Assembly: GCF_006345805.1 (NCBI RefSeq)
Contig: NC_043007.1
Location: 33,790,001 to 33,854,000, forward strand
From: Octopus sinensis
Taxonomy: Eukaryota
DNA length: 64,000 bases
Direction of reading: 5' to 3'
In this document: piece by piece, positions 13,022-26,482 of the stretch
Position numbering within the stretch: position 1 is the first letter of the stretch
Layout of the letters: every line of letters begins with the position of its first letter
Notes under the pieces: model-generated
The model's input: the letters and a program-made list of their open reading frames with translations, nothing else
The model's database searches: none
Told to the model about the DNA's origin: nothing
Program-made: the position numbers and the translations under genes

Positions 13022-13610
13022 CAGTGATTCCCAATGTGGTCCCTGGAACCTACCAGTGGTCCCCAGAGATTCGTAGCCATAAAAAATTGAAGCCATTTCA
13101 GATCTACACAATATTGTTCGATAATAAAGACACTGTTAGTTAATAATAATTTATATGAAGACAGAATAATAATAAGAAAACAAAATTCAATAATTATTCC
13201 ATAAGAATCAATGATGTATAATATATAATCAATGATATATTACAATCAAGAACTACATAATTTAAATTTTATAATCACAACAGTTTCATAATAAATTCGA
13301 TATTTTTAATAGATCACTACATAATATTGTTTAATAATAAATTTGATACTTTAAATTTTATAGAATAAAATATTGATTATTTTTATTTTTTTTATGATCA
13401 GTTGTAATAATAACTGAACCAACTGCTAAAAAGGCAAAACTGAAGAAATGCAAAGAAGATTTTATCATGTTTGGTTTTGTATCTGTAGACTCAAAACCTA
13501 TGTATCTTGAATATAATGCCATCATGACAAATTATTCCATGAAGAAAGTTAAGCTGGAGCAGCACCAGAAATTAAGGCATCCATCATCTGTTGGTAAACC
13601 TATCTCCTAG
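13022..13610 (+). mobile_element. hAT (Charlie/Buster-type) transposon, 5' fragment
   Basis: TIR-like CAGTGATTCCCAA at 13022. 13429-13610 translates KKAKLKKCKEDFIMFGFVSVDSKPMYLEYNAIMTNYSMKKVKLEQHQKLRHP..GKP, a BED-finger-like N-terminus with both Cys positions now Tyr. Confidence 0.7.
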
Positions 13611-14090
13611 CTTCCCTTTTGGCAGTCTGATACAATTCCCTGCTATCAACGGTCTTCCAGTCCTTCAAAGCCTGTTTCTTTTCCTTACTAGCCCTGTCAA
13701 CAAGTTCACCTACCACCACCACGTTACCTTGGGTTGAGAGTAGACTTTGCACCATCCACAGATCTGGTCACTAGCCCCCAATTGTCCTGTAGAAAACTCC
13801 AGTTGTCTTCCACAGCTTTGAGTAATATGTCTCTCAATCTCTTTTTGCAGGATCCTTAAGCTTCCAGACCCTTCTCCTCCATTCTGGTCGTCTTCTGGGC
13901 ATCCATTTAGCCCTGATCCTGAAGTCGCTAACTACTAATCTATATTGTGGGGTACATTCTTCCCCTGGGAAAGTTTGGGCATTTACAAGTAGTCGTCTTT
14001 CCTGTTTCCTAGTGAGGATGTAGTCAATTTGACTAGTGTGTCTACCAGATTGGTAGGTGACTAAATGGCCCTGAATATGCTAATCGATTA
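13611..14090 (-). mobile_element. RTE-clade LINE internal fragment (end of APE domain and linker)
   Basis: Manual translation HLVTYQSGRHTSQIDYILTRK...GEECTPQYRLVVSDF...VWKLKDP...QICGWCK...KVTWWW. Confidence 0.8.
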
Positions 14091-14619
14091 GCATTTAGTA
14101 ATTATGATACTTCTACAATTGAAAATAATTTTAATAAATAAGGAATTTATGTATTGTGGCATTTGATACTTGTCAATTGTCTACATTGTTCACATAAATG
14201 CCAGTACCAGGCAGAGGTGGTTTCCAGCAGTAAGAGAAGCTTAAGAATAAATAAATGGAAATTTGTCGGCAGAACAAAGTTAGCAACCTCTTACACTCTC
14301 AGTGTTGTGATGAGAGCCAAGGTACCCTCTTGTGAGGAATGGACTGAACCGAGAGAGTGTATATAGTTTGTGTTATTTCATAGTGAAGTTCGAGAGTGTG
14401 GGTTGGTTTGTTCATTCTTAAGAGATAGTTATGTTGTTATTGCTGCTGCATTATCTTATTTTATCACACTGGTACCACATATTTCAGGCCATAATTGCAA
14501 TAGTGGTGGTACTACTATATTGGATACAAACCATGTTACAGCATCTGGCGGCAAAAGGCTCGAAGATCACGTAGCATGTAATTCACCTGCAAACTAAGCA
14601 TTAAATTCTTTCATACCAG

Positions 14620-15170
14620 ATTGTCATCCTTCTGAAATTCCCTTGTCCATGTTATTTCCTCTGCAGCCATCCACACATTTTATTCAAGATCAACTACGTC
14701 AATCTTACCAGTTTTGAAGGCACAGCTCTTGTCTCAGAAGGAATGCAAAAGGCAAGGATACAGCCCCCTTTATCCAGCCAAATTGTTCAAATAAAACATG
14801 GGAAAAAAATCCTAACACCCACTACTATTCCTGTGAATTAGTAAGCTGTAAACTATATCAAACTGAGCCCACATCATCATCTTTAACATGTCTCACAGCT
14901 AGAACCCTTTTACTAAATATTTTAGCCAATCATTTATCTCAAGAACGGCAGCTTCTACATGGAATCACATTTTCATCAGACATTAATTTACACAAGTTGA
15001 AAAAAGACATCATCTACATTCACATTAACAGTTTAGGAAAGCCTACAGATGTTCTCTTGCTCGCACTTTATATTAATACAAATAAGAATTTTTAACAAAG
15101 GTACATAGCCAAAAATTTTATAGGAGGAAATAATGTCAACTATATTGATCCACCCCTGGTCTTGGGGTTG
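14620..15170 (-). pseudogene. Decayed Penelope-like RT fragment
   Basis: Ordered remnants on the minus strand: PKL..VDDVF (15003-15040), KLPFL (14940-14951), KGL..CLLH..RA (14720-14770). This order matches PLE RT palm and thumb motifs. Confidence 0.55.
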
Positions 15171-15194
15171 TGGTGGTGGCATTGGAGGTTGTAG

Positions 15195-15460
15195 TAATGG
15201 TTGTGAAGATGATTCTGATATTGATAGTCTTTGCATTGAGGTGGTGGCAGAGTCAGAGTAAATAATAAGAGCCCAGTTAACACAAGATTCTTAAATTTCG
15301 GAGATCATAAGATAGAGAGCAAGAAGTTAAAAGTTCCAATACTGTCCCAATTCCTACACTCCAGATTCTTCAACTATTTTATAAGAAAGGGGTTAATGGC
15401 AGGATAGGGATTCAGCTTAAAAATAAATTGTATAACAAAAAATACATAAATAAATTACTG
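15195..15460. repeat. Dispersed inverted duplication, copy 2 (partner 5588-5830)
   Basis: Reverse complement of 5588-5830, with an extra 24 nt at 15404-15427. Confidence 0.85.
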
Positions 15461-16099
15461 CTCCAACGATGTAATTTTAGTATGTGTGTATGTATGTATG
15501 TATGTGTGTGTGTATGTATGTATCAAAACAGTTTGATTCAAATTCTGTGGTACTTATATATTCATACATACATATAGATGTATATAACATATATATATAT
15601 TGTATGTAAACATCTTTTATAAATATATATAATTCATGCATCTATAATACACACACATTATAAATATATACACATATATGCATATGCATTAGAATATGTG
15701 TGTATAGGTGTATATATATATATATATATGCATATGTTTGTATACATGTGTGTGTGTATAAAAATAAATATAAGCACTCAGGATCTACGCAAATTTTATA
15801 TATACTCCACGAAGTTCAAAAGGTAAAAATCCGGTATTTTAAATTTTTGTTGCATTTCTAATCTTTCTGATGTCTAAGGATGGATATTTATGCGTATGAA
15901 TCTTTTTCTTTTTATTTTGTTTCAAATATAATTCTAGGGAACTGAAAAACTGTGTACGTTACGATAAAGCAATTTGTCAAAATGTAAACAATTGCTTTCT
16001 ACGTCACAGATAAGACTACGCAGATAATAAGTTCACATAAATACAGACATAACGATTGGCTAAAATTCACAGTTTTAATCTACGATTAAAGTCATAAAA

Positions 16100-17676
16100 T
16101 AGATTTTTCTCAAATAAACTAGTTCCAACTGGCGAATAAACTAGTTCGACTCTATGAGTACACAAAGTTTCAAATTATTTAGTTAACTAGAAAGATCTGG
16201 GGTCCTGGCCTCAAAATAGAAAAGATCCGAAACTCTCCTTGTTTTTAGTCCCAGAACTTTTGAATTCTACAATTCCACTATTCTACTCTTTTACTACCAT
16301 CGGAGGATAAATTTATACAAATCTATATACAACCTGGAGAAAGAAATATAAACCAAAACTAAACCCAAGACTAGTTCTAAAACTAGTCCCGTGAGTACAA
16401 TTCTTTTTTCTTGATCTGTATTAAACACACCGCTCATCCTGATTTGTACTAAATACACTGAACTCACACGCACACAAGCCACGCATTTCCGAATATATCG
16501 ACTCAAAACTTTTCAACGGTGTATTCACTATTATACATCAATAACTGGCGTACAGTGTATAATACTGTCCCACTAAACATGGCCAATAATATTCAAAAAC
16601 GCCACTGGGTTGAAAATGAAATTACTGCACTGGTAAACGCTTGGTACACCCACCACAGCGAAGCTAATGTTTACAGTAAAATAGCTGAAAACTTAGCAAA
16701 ACAATCCTTTCACAGATCTGTAAAACAGATCGAAAATAAAATAAAAGAGATTATAAGAATATTTCCTATTTTCCACACGCACATGGCAACATTAGAAGCC
16801 ATTCTTGTCAATGAATGTAATGTACCAAATGACCCAACTCCAACAGGTCAGGGGTCACTTCAACGACCCGATAGCCAGCAACAAACATCTGACCTAATTC
16901 CGCCCATTCCAAGCCAGAACTCACTATCACAAAAACAACAACAGCCTGCTTCTGCTACTACATTGGAACCAATACCTGACCTGATTCCAAGTCAAGTTTC
17001 ACTACTGCTACAGCAACAACAACAACAACAACACTCTGCTACAAGTCAAGTTTAACTGCTGCTACAGCAACAACAACAACAACACTCTGCTACTGCTACT
17101 ACAGCCAGAATAGAAAAACCACTACTACACCCACATAAAACACCCTGCCGCTACTTTTCTCAAGGCAACTGTAGATTTGGCCCCAGCGGCACCAACAACA
17201 ATGGACGCTGTGCTTTTTTTCCATCCTACCTTATGTCGTAGACTTGTTAAGGGCACCTGTCCATATGGTATAACGGGAAAAAACTGCCCTCACCTCCACC
17301 CCAAATACTGTCCTAAATACAGAGTCCATGGTCCTGATCCCAAATATGGATGCACAAAAGGCAATGGATGCACCTTGTTCCATCCTAAACTGTGCCAAAC
17401 TTCTGTGTCACTAAGTGCTTTGAAGAGTGCCTTAACATTGTCCCGAAAGAGATCAAAGAGGAAAAGGATCCCATCAACTTTAAACGGAGTCTGGATAGAT
17501 TCCTTCAAAGAATACCAGATAAGCCACCCATAATTGGATACAACTCACTACTTGAATGGACCATAAACAAAACTTGACTAAAACAGGATTCGAATAATCC
17601 TATCAGGTGGTGCTATTAAGTTAGACATGGCCTGGACCAATCTTTGGTCGAAACATATCTAAGTTTTATCTAAGTT

Positions 17677-17678
<2 letters not shown>
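16100..17678 (+). mobile_element. Internally deleted (non-autonomous) LINE: 5' UTR + ORF1 fused directly to the ORF2 C-terminal tip and 3' tail
   Basis: The ORF1 remnant is followed at about 17410 by LNIVPKEIKEEKDPINFKRSLDRFLQRIPDKPPIIGYNSLLEW*, a LINE ORF2 C-terminus. Then hairpins AGGATT-cgaat-AATCCT and GACCA-atctt-TGGTC and a tandem tail ATCTAAGTTTT x2. The 5' boundary is uncertain. Confidence 0.7.
16579..17410 (+). pseudogene. ORF1-like protein: Myb/SANT-like (trihelix) N-terminal domain, Q/P-rich linker, three CCCH-type zinc fingers
   Basis: WVENEITALVNAW...IAENLAKQSFHRSVKQIENKIK; CRYFSQGNC-x12-CAFFH; CRRLVKGTC-x8-CPHLH; CPKY-x10-C-x5-CTLFH. One TCA>TAA stop (17053-55) in a duplicated polyQ unit and a +1 T at about 17214-17220. 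Confidence 0.75.
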
Positions 17679-19380
<1,702 letters not shown>

Positions 19381-19964
19381 AGAGAGTGAGAGGTCGAAGC
19401 ATATTTATGAAGAAAATGTATGAATTTGGTATTTCTTTATTGCATCTGTTACATATGTTTCTGTGTTTGATAATGAATGACGTCATATTATAAATGCGAT
19501 TTACAAAGAGTTTTTAATCATACCGTGCAGGCCCTTACACAGGGTCGAACCGCATCCAAATCTCACCCGGGATGAACTGTTTCCACCGCGTCAAATTGCA
19601 GCCGATCGGCGGACAAGCAAAACACATACACTGAGTATGTGAGTTCGATGATGTTTACAACATACGTGCTGCTTTCAATTCATATTAGAATGTATATATA
19701 ATATATATATGAAAGAAGGTTTGAAAATGCAATTTTAAAGATGTTTACTCACTCGACCGGTGAAAAAGATTGTCAAAAGTAAAATGTAAAGCTTTGTATA
19801 AGATTTGTTGTGTTAAGTACTGGTTGTCACAAAAGTATTAAAATACATATATACATCCTTTGATAATAATAAGAAAATGTTAAAAACAGTTTACAAGAAA
19901 GTATTCGAGAAAATATTCAACAAAAAGTATTAGGAGTTCAATAAAAATCATGTTTGTTTGGTAG

Positions 19965-19998
<34 letters not shown>

Positions 19999-20156
19999 GG
20001 AGATATATTTAAGAGTTTACAAATAATTCGAGAGGTACCAAACCGGTCTTTCTGGCACTTTTCGTATATATATCAGTAAACACACACATACACATGCACG
20101 AACACAAACACACAGACACCACCCCACACACAAGCACACGAACACGCACACACACA

Positions 20157-20202
<46 letters not shown>

Positions 20203-20639
20203 CATACAGGGAGAGATAGATAGAGATAGATGGAGAAAGAGATAGAGAGAATGAGAGAGAGAGAGAGAGAGAGTGAGTGAGAGAGAGAAAGAGAGAGAAA
20301 GCCAGAATGAAAAAGTTTCCTCTTTGCCTCCACTATATTCTTATTTAGCAGTAGGTTAGCTTTAACTAAGTAGACATATGATTAAAGTCATTCCTGCCAT
20401 GACTGTCCAGTTTAGGTGTTGTTTAGTCTTAGGTGAGTGCTTGTTAAGCAGAGCATAAATCAAAGTCATCCCATCTTTGACCATTCCACCTTCATTTGAG
20501 GCAGAGACTGTCTAGGACTATGTTATTGAAATGTGTCCCTTCTTTAAAAGAAAAAAAATTACTGCTATTTCTAGTAGATCGACCGGTCAGGAAGAGTCCT
20601 CCTTATTGTACCATTATCATCTATACTCGCACAAGGGTG

Positions 20640-21690
20640 AAACCTGGCAGAATCGTTAGCATGACAGGCGAAATGCTTAGCAGTATTTCGTCTGCCGCTA
20701 CGTTCTGAGTTCAAATTCCGCCGAGGTCGACTTTGCCTTTCATCCTTTCGGGGTCGATTAAATAAGTACCAGTCACGCACTGGAGTCGATATAATCGACT
20801 TAATCCGTTTGTCTGTCCTTGTTTGTCCCCTCTGTGTGTAGCCCCTTGTGGGCAGTAAAGAAATAGGTATTTCGTCTGCCGCTACGTTCTGAGTTCAAAT
20901 TCCGCCGAGGTCGACTTTGCCTTTCCTCCTTTCGAGGTCGATAAATTAAGTATCAGTAACGCACTGAGGTCGATCAAATCGACTTAATACCTTTGTCTGT
21001 CCTTGTTTGTCCCCTCTATGTTTAGCCCCTTGTGGGTAATAAGAAACAGGTATTTCGTCCGTTAAGGGGGCGAGCTGGCAGAATCGTTAGCACGCCGGGC
21101 GAAATGCTTAGCGGTATTTCGTCTGCCGCTACGTTCTGATTCAAATTCCGCCGAGGTCGACTTTGCCTTTTATCCTTTCGGGGTCGATTAAATAAGTACC
21201 AGTTACGCACTGGGGTCGATATAATCGACTTAATCCATTTGTCTGTCTTTGTTTGTCCCTTCTGTGTGTAGCCCCTTGTGGGTAGTAAAGAAATAGAAAT
21301 AGGTATTTCGTCCGTCTTTACGTTTTGAGTTCAATCCTGCAGAGGTCGACTTTGCCTGTCATTCTTTCAGTGTCGATAAATATAAGTACCAGTAGAACAC
21401 TGGGGTCGATGCTTTCGACTTATCTCTGCCCGAAATTGCTGGACTTGTGTCAAAATTTGAAATAAGTGCGTAAGAATGTGAGCTGGCAGAATCGCTAGCG
21501 CGACGGGTGAAATGTTCTGCGCATTTCCTTCTTCTGTATGTTCTGAGTTCAAATTCTGTCGAGGTCAACTTTACCTTTCATCTTTTCGGGGTCGATAAAA
21601 TAGGTACCAGTTCAGCAGTGGGTTCGATTTAATTAATTTAGTCCCTCCCCTAAACCCGACGGCCTTGTGCTAAAATTTGAACTCATTGTC
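20640..21690 (+). mobile_element. Tandem array of a tRNA-headed SINE with a Meta-like central domain (about 3 good units, then degenerate ones)
   Basis: Units contain GAGTTCAAATTCCGCCGAGGTCGACTTTGCCTTTCATCCTTTCGGGGTCGAT..ATAAGTACCAG, which resembles the MetaSINE domain as recalled. Units are joined at GAAATA|GGTATTTC. Confidence 0.8.
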
Positions 21691-22229
21691 ATCTATGTTC
21701 TTATAAGGGTAGCTGAGGATATTAGGAGAAAGTTACTCTCAACCCGGGGCCTGGTCCGAATCATTAAAACAGACTAGGTCTTGCTAAAGGCTCCCGGACG
21801 TGATGTAGTGGTGCTAAACCGAGACAAGAGATCAAGCCTCGTACCAAAGACCTGACGCGATTGCACGTAGTTTCGATCTCCCCACCATCAGGCACATTGG
21901 ATGCCTTTGGCGGTGTCCATTCAGTAGAAAGCTAAGTCCCATGTTTGAAGATACCTTCCTCCCTCTCTTCCAATTCCCATCTCTTTCACCCACACTCACT
22001 CTCCCACTCACCCTCTTTATCACTCTCTTTCCATCCCTTTCACCCTCCTTCTCTCTCACTTTCCTCGCTCTCATTTTCCCTCCCTGCCCCTAACCATCCT
22101 TCTTTCCCATCTTCCCTCTTATCCTCCTTATTTCTCCCCCTTCTTCACCCTTGGAGCTACGGACACTGCCTCCTCTCTCGACCGAAGGTTAAAAAAATAT
22201 TATAAAAGATTATGAAAATTCACTCACAA

Positions 22230-22335
22230 GGTTTTGGCCGATTTGAAGGTATAATAAAAAGACATTCCCCCACTTTGTGGAGGTCTGAACCCGAAACCAC
22301 AGAACCATATCTGAGTTCAACTACAACAGCCATTC
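22230..22335 (-). mobile_element. Degenerate tRNA-derived SINE head
   Basis: Resembles 62510-62636 (CACTCACAAGG..TTGG...CTGAACCCG.AACCA...ACAGCCA). Confidence 0.55.
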
Positions 22336-22399
22336 TCGATTATTAATCGTACCAATTTTCAACAGCATTTTCCATTTTCTTTAAACTGAAATACAGTCG

Positions 22400-23370
22400 A
22401 ATTAAACCCCTAAACCACATACACAAATCTGTGTCGGACACAAATATCCATACCAGTATATTTATCGTACTGATTTCATCGTTGTTTCCCATTTTCTTTA
22501 GACTGAAGTGCCCTCAAATTAAATCCCCAAACCACATACACAAGTCGGTGTCGGACAAAAATATCCCAGAATATCAATCGTACCGACCTCATCCGAGTTT
22601 CCCATTTTCAGTGCAGTCGGACTGAACCCCGAAATTACATACAACAAATTTATGACGGACAAAAATACCCATACCGGAATATCAATCGTACCGACCTCAT
22701 CCGAGTTTCCCATTTTCAGTGCAGTCGGACTGAACCCCGAAACCACATACACAAATCTGTGACGGACAAAAATACCCATACCGGAATATCAATCGTACCG
22801 ACCTCATCCGAATTTCCCATTTTCAGTGCAGTCGGACTGAACCCCGAAATCACATACAACAAATTTATGACGGACAAAAATACCCATACTGGAATATCAA
22901 TCGTACCGACCTCATCCGAGTTTCCCATTTTCAGTGCAGTCGGACTGAACCCCGAAATCACATACAACAAATTTATGACGGACAAAAATACCCATACTGG
23001 AATATCAATCGTACCGACCGCATCCGAGTTTCCCATTTTCAGTGCAGTGGGACTGAACCCCGAAATCACATACAACAAATTTATGACGGACAAAAATACC
23101 CATACCGGAATATCAATCGTACCGACCTCATCCGAATTTCCCATTTTCAGTGCAGTCGGACTGAACCCCGAAACCACATACACAAATCTGTGACGGACAA
23201 AAATATCCATACCGGAATATCAATCGTACCGACCTCATCCGAGTTTCCCATTTTCAGTGTAGTCGGACTGAACCCCGAAATCACATACAACAAATTTATG
23301 ACGGACAAAAATATCCATACCGGAATATCAGTCGTGCCGATCTCATCTGTGTTTCCCATTTTCTTTTCAC
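22400..23370. repeat. 107/108-bp minisatellite, about 9 units, homogeneous in the centre and diverged at the edges
   Basis: GACGGAC unit starts at 22654, 22761, 22869, 22977, 23085, 23192 and 23300 (spacings 107,108,108,108,107,108). More diverged units start near 22433 and 22550. Confidence 0.95.
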
Positions 23371-23431
23371 TGAAAGTACGAAGCGATTCATTGACCAAAG
23401 ACTAAATAACCTTAATCTATTTTTAGTTTCT

Positions 23432-23447
23432 GCACTAGATGGCAGTA
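23432..23447 (+). promoter_or_regulatory. CTCF-like motif
   Basis: GCACTAGATGGCAGTA resembles the CTCF core CCACYAGRKGGCR. This is a single motif match only. Confidence 0.35.
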
Positions 23448-24503
23448 GTGGAACTAGGTGGGAAATATACGCTAATTTGTTGATTTAATAATAAATAGGC
23501 CACTTAATATGCTAAGCTGTTTTTGAAGACTATTTTTGAATAAATGTAGATAGAAAGGAAAAATGAAATAAAGGGAGAAAACAAAAATAGACTCAAGCTC
23601 GAAGGTCAATCCATTTTAGTATATTACCTATCAGTATTTGTGATAGCTTGGAAATGTTCCAGAATCTTCTGAACCAGATATCTTTGAATTATCAAAGGAG
23701 AGAGAAAAGGCCAAAAAATAAAAGAAATATAAATAAATTTATAAACAAAAATAAAAAAATAGAACAAAATATACAAAATACAAAAACAAACATAAAAAAT
23801 AAAAATAAAAATAAAAATGATGAATTATTAAATAAAAACGATAAAAATAAAAATGAAAAGTTATAAAATAAAAATAATGAAAATATAAATATAAATGAAA
23901 AGTCATGAAATAAAAATAATGAGAATAAAAATAAATATAAAGAGAAAATATCGAATAAAAAATAGATAAAATATAAAAAGCAAAATGAAATATAAAAATG
24001 AAAAATAAAAGTGTATAACTAGGTCTATAAATAAATAAGAAAAGTTAAAAATTAAAAGAAAATGGTCGTTGGGAGCGAATACATAAATATTTGCAGTGTT
24101 TTCCATTATCATTGGTTACTATTTACGTTGCCGCTGTTTTATCTTGAAGCTGCTTTATGAATCAATTTTCTATGAGAAGTGAAAATCTTAACTCCAGTAA
24201 AGAAAAGACCCCCTTCAGTCATGAATGACCATGAGATTGTATTTAGAAAATTCCCCTCTAAGGCAAAGGGGATTAGAAATGAAGGAGTACCTGAAGGTAA
24301 AGGGGATGCGAGGGATGAATATCTATTGTTGTGATAGGATGAAATAATCAATCTAAATCATAGAGGAAATGAGAGAGAAAAAGATATAGCTAAGTGACTA
24401 GTAGTTCTAAATACATAAGGAATTAGGCCTAAGAGGTTAAAATTAATAATTATTAAAAATAATGATGAAATGATGAGTGAAAAGCCTCCTAAATTATTTC
24501 TAA

Positions 24504-25008
24504 GTCCGAGCCGCGAAATCTTTTTTTCCCACGAAAGTTCTGCCCCCCCCCCGCTGTAATGAACTCATTTACATACAGCCAATCAGAGCTCACCTTGACC
24601 TTGTTGTCAAAGTTATGCCTGATTTTAGAAGGAGACAAGTAATAAGATAGATTTGAACCTATACCTATTATCGGATTTTGTTAGGGCCCCATATGGTAAA
24701 CATATGTGGATGGGAAAAATGTGAGTAGAGGGTGCTGTGCTATCAACCCTCTCCCCTTACTGTTATACAAAGTAAACAACACAAATAACTATGCAGAGGC
24801 AGCCATGGTTGGAACAAGAACAAGAACAACAAGCATTATTAAGAGAGAAAAGAAGCATGGTCATTTCTTCCCTAAGTGACCTTATCTTATTGCCCATCAC
24901 TTATGCGCTCATAAATTAGTTTGCTAGTTGAATTCTGATTGGCTGTATGCAAATGAGTTCATAACTGGGGTCCGGAACTCTCGTAAGAAAAAAAAATCGC
25001 GTCCGAGC
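24504..25008. mobile_element. MITE-like element of about 490 bp with imperfect inverted arms of about 75 bp
   Basis: Arms 24513-24591 and 24930-25000 share ATGAACTCATTT(A/G)CATACAGCCAATCAGA. The direct repeat GTCCGAGC sits at 24504-11 and 25001-08. Confidence 0.55.
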
Positions 25009-25394
25009 AATGATGAAACAACAAACTGACGAGAGAATATACACATGAGCCAGCAAGCGAGCATCTACATAATCCAGGCAGTGAGAGAGTGTATATAGAA
25101 GCTTGCAAACGAGTACCATATACACAGAGTGTGTGTGTGTGCATTTACACGGGGGTGGGACATTTACTCGAGGATGGGTATTTATATGAGCCAGTGAACA
25201 TTACATACATACGTTACATACATGAATATACGTTAATTGCCTCATCTTATCAGATGATAGCCGTCTCACATTCGGTCTGATTGTACTGATCTACTTTCAT
25301 CCGTGTAATGTGCGCAGATATGACTTTACACTCGCCACGCATTCATCTCTCAAAGTACTTTATGAAATATAAGATGGATCAAGGAATGAAAGGA

Positions 25395-26314
25395 TATTCT
25401 TTTCTACTCTAGGCGCAAGGTCCGAAATTTTGAGGGGGCGGGCTAGTCGATTAGATCGACCCCAGTACGCAACTGGTACTTAATTTATCGGCCCTGAAAG
25501 GATGAAAGGCAAAGTCGACCTCGGCGGAATTTGAACTCAGAACGTAAAGACAGACGAAATACCTATTTCTTTATTGCCCACAAGGGGCTAAACATAGAGG
25601 GGACAAACAAGGACAGACAAAGGGATTAAGTCGATTACATCGACCCCAGTGCGTAACTGATACTTATTTAATCGACCCCGAAAAGATGAAAGGCAAAGTC
25701 GACCTCGGCGGAATTTGAACTCATAACGTAGCGAGAGACGAAATACCTATTTCTTTATTACCCACAAGGGGCTAAACACAGAGGGGACAAACAAGGACAG
25801 ACATAGGTATTAAGTCGATTACATCGACCCCAGTGCGTAACTGGTACTTAATTTATCGACCCCGAAAGGATGAAAGGCAAAGTCGACCTCGGCGGAATTT
25901 GAACTCATAACGTAACGCAGACGAAATACCGCTAAGCATTTCGCCCGGTGTGCTAACGTTTCTTATTTCTTTATTGCCCACAAGGGGATAAACATAGGGG
26001 AGACAAACAAGGATAGACAAAGGGATTAAGTCGAGTACGTCGACCCCAGAGCATAACTGGTACTTAATTAATCGACCCCGAAAGGATGAAAGGCAAAGTC
26101 GACCTTGGCGGAATTTGAACTCAGTACGTAAAGATAGACGGAATACCTATTTCTTTACTACCCACAAGGGGATAAACACAGAGAGGGGACAAACAAGGAC
26201 AGACAAAGGGATTAAGTCAATTACATCGACCCCAGTGCGTAACTGGTACTTAATTTATCGACCCCGAAAGGGTGAAAGGTAAAGTCGACCTCGGCGGAAT
26301 ATGAACTCGGCAAC
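25395..26314 (-). mobile_element. Tandem array of the Meta-like SINE (about 5 units)
   Basis: Reverse complement of the units at 20640-21300. Junctions GAAATACCTATTTC at 25556 and 25740. Confidence 0.85.
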
Positions 26315-26482
26315 ATATGTATGTTTGGATGTACTATTTTTTGTAGTCTAAAATAAAATAAAAAAAGGAAGCTACTATGTATTTACTAAAGTACTCAGAT
26401 ATTGAAACAAAATCCCTTACATATCACACACCACTGTCTTGAAAAAGAGGAACATTTTCTGTATGTATGTATGTATGTATGT

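Noticed and set aside
9600-13520. TG>TA changes at key codons (mariner D>N, hAT C>Y) as a RIP-like process
   Set aside because: Only three or four events, with no consensus sequence to compare against. Ordinary decay explains them.
14315-14352. TGATGA...CTGA as a C/D-box snoRNA
   Set aside because: Only about 35 nt between the boxes and no terminal stem.
17630-17660. GACCA-atctt-TGGTC-GAAAC as a hammerhead
   Set aside because: There is no upstream CUGANGA. It is better explained as the LINE's 3' stem-loop.
22716-23210. Open frames on both strands with 36-aa repeats; also considered as a CRISPR-like array
   Set aside because: A 108-bp unit is divisible by 3, and the 107-bp variants break the frames. 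There are no unique spacers and no cas genes, and the context is eukaryotic.
23700-24070. K/N-rich ORF 23648-23866
   Set aside because: It is a translation of an (AAATAA)-type low-complexity tract.
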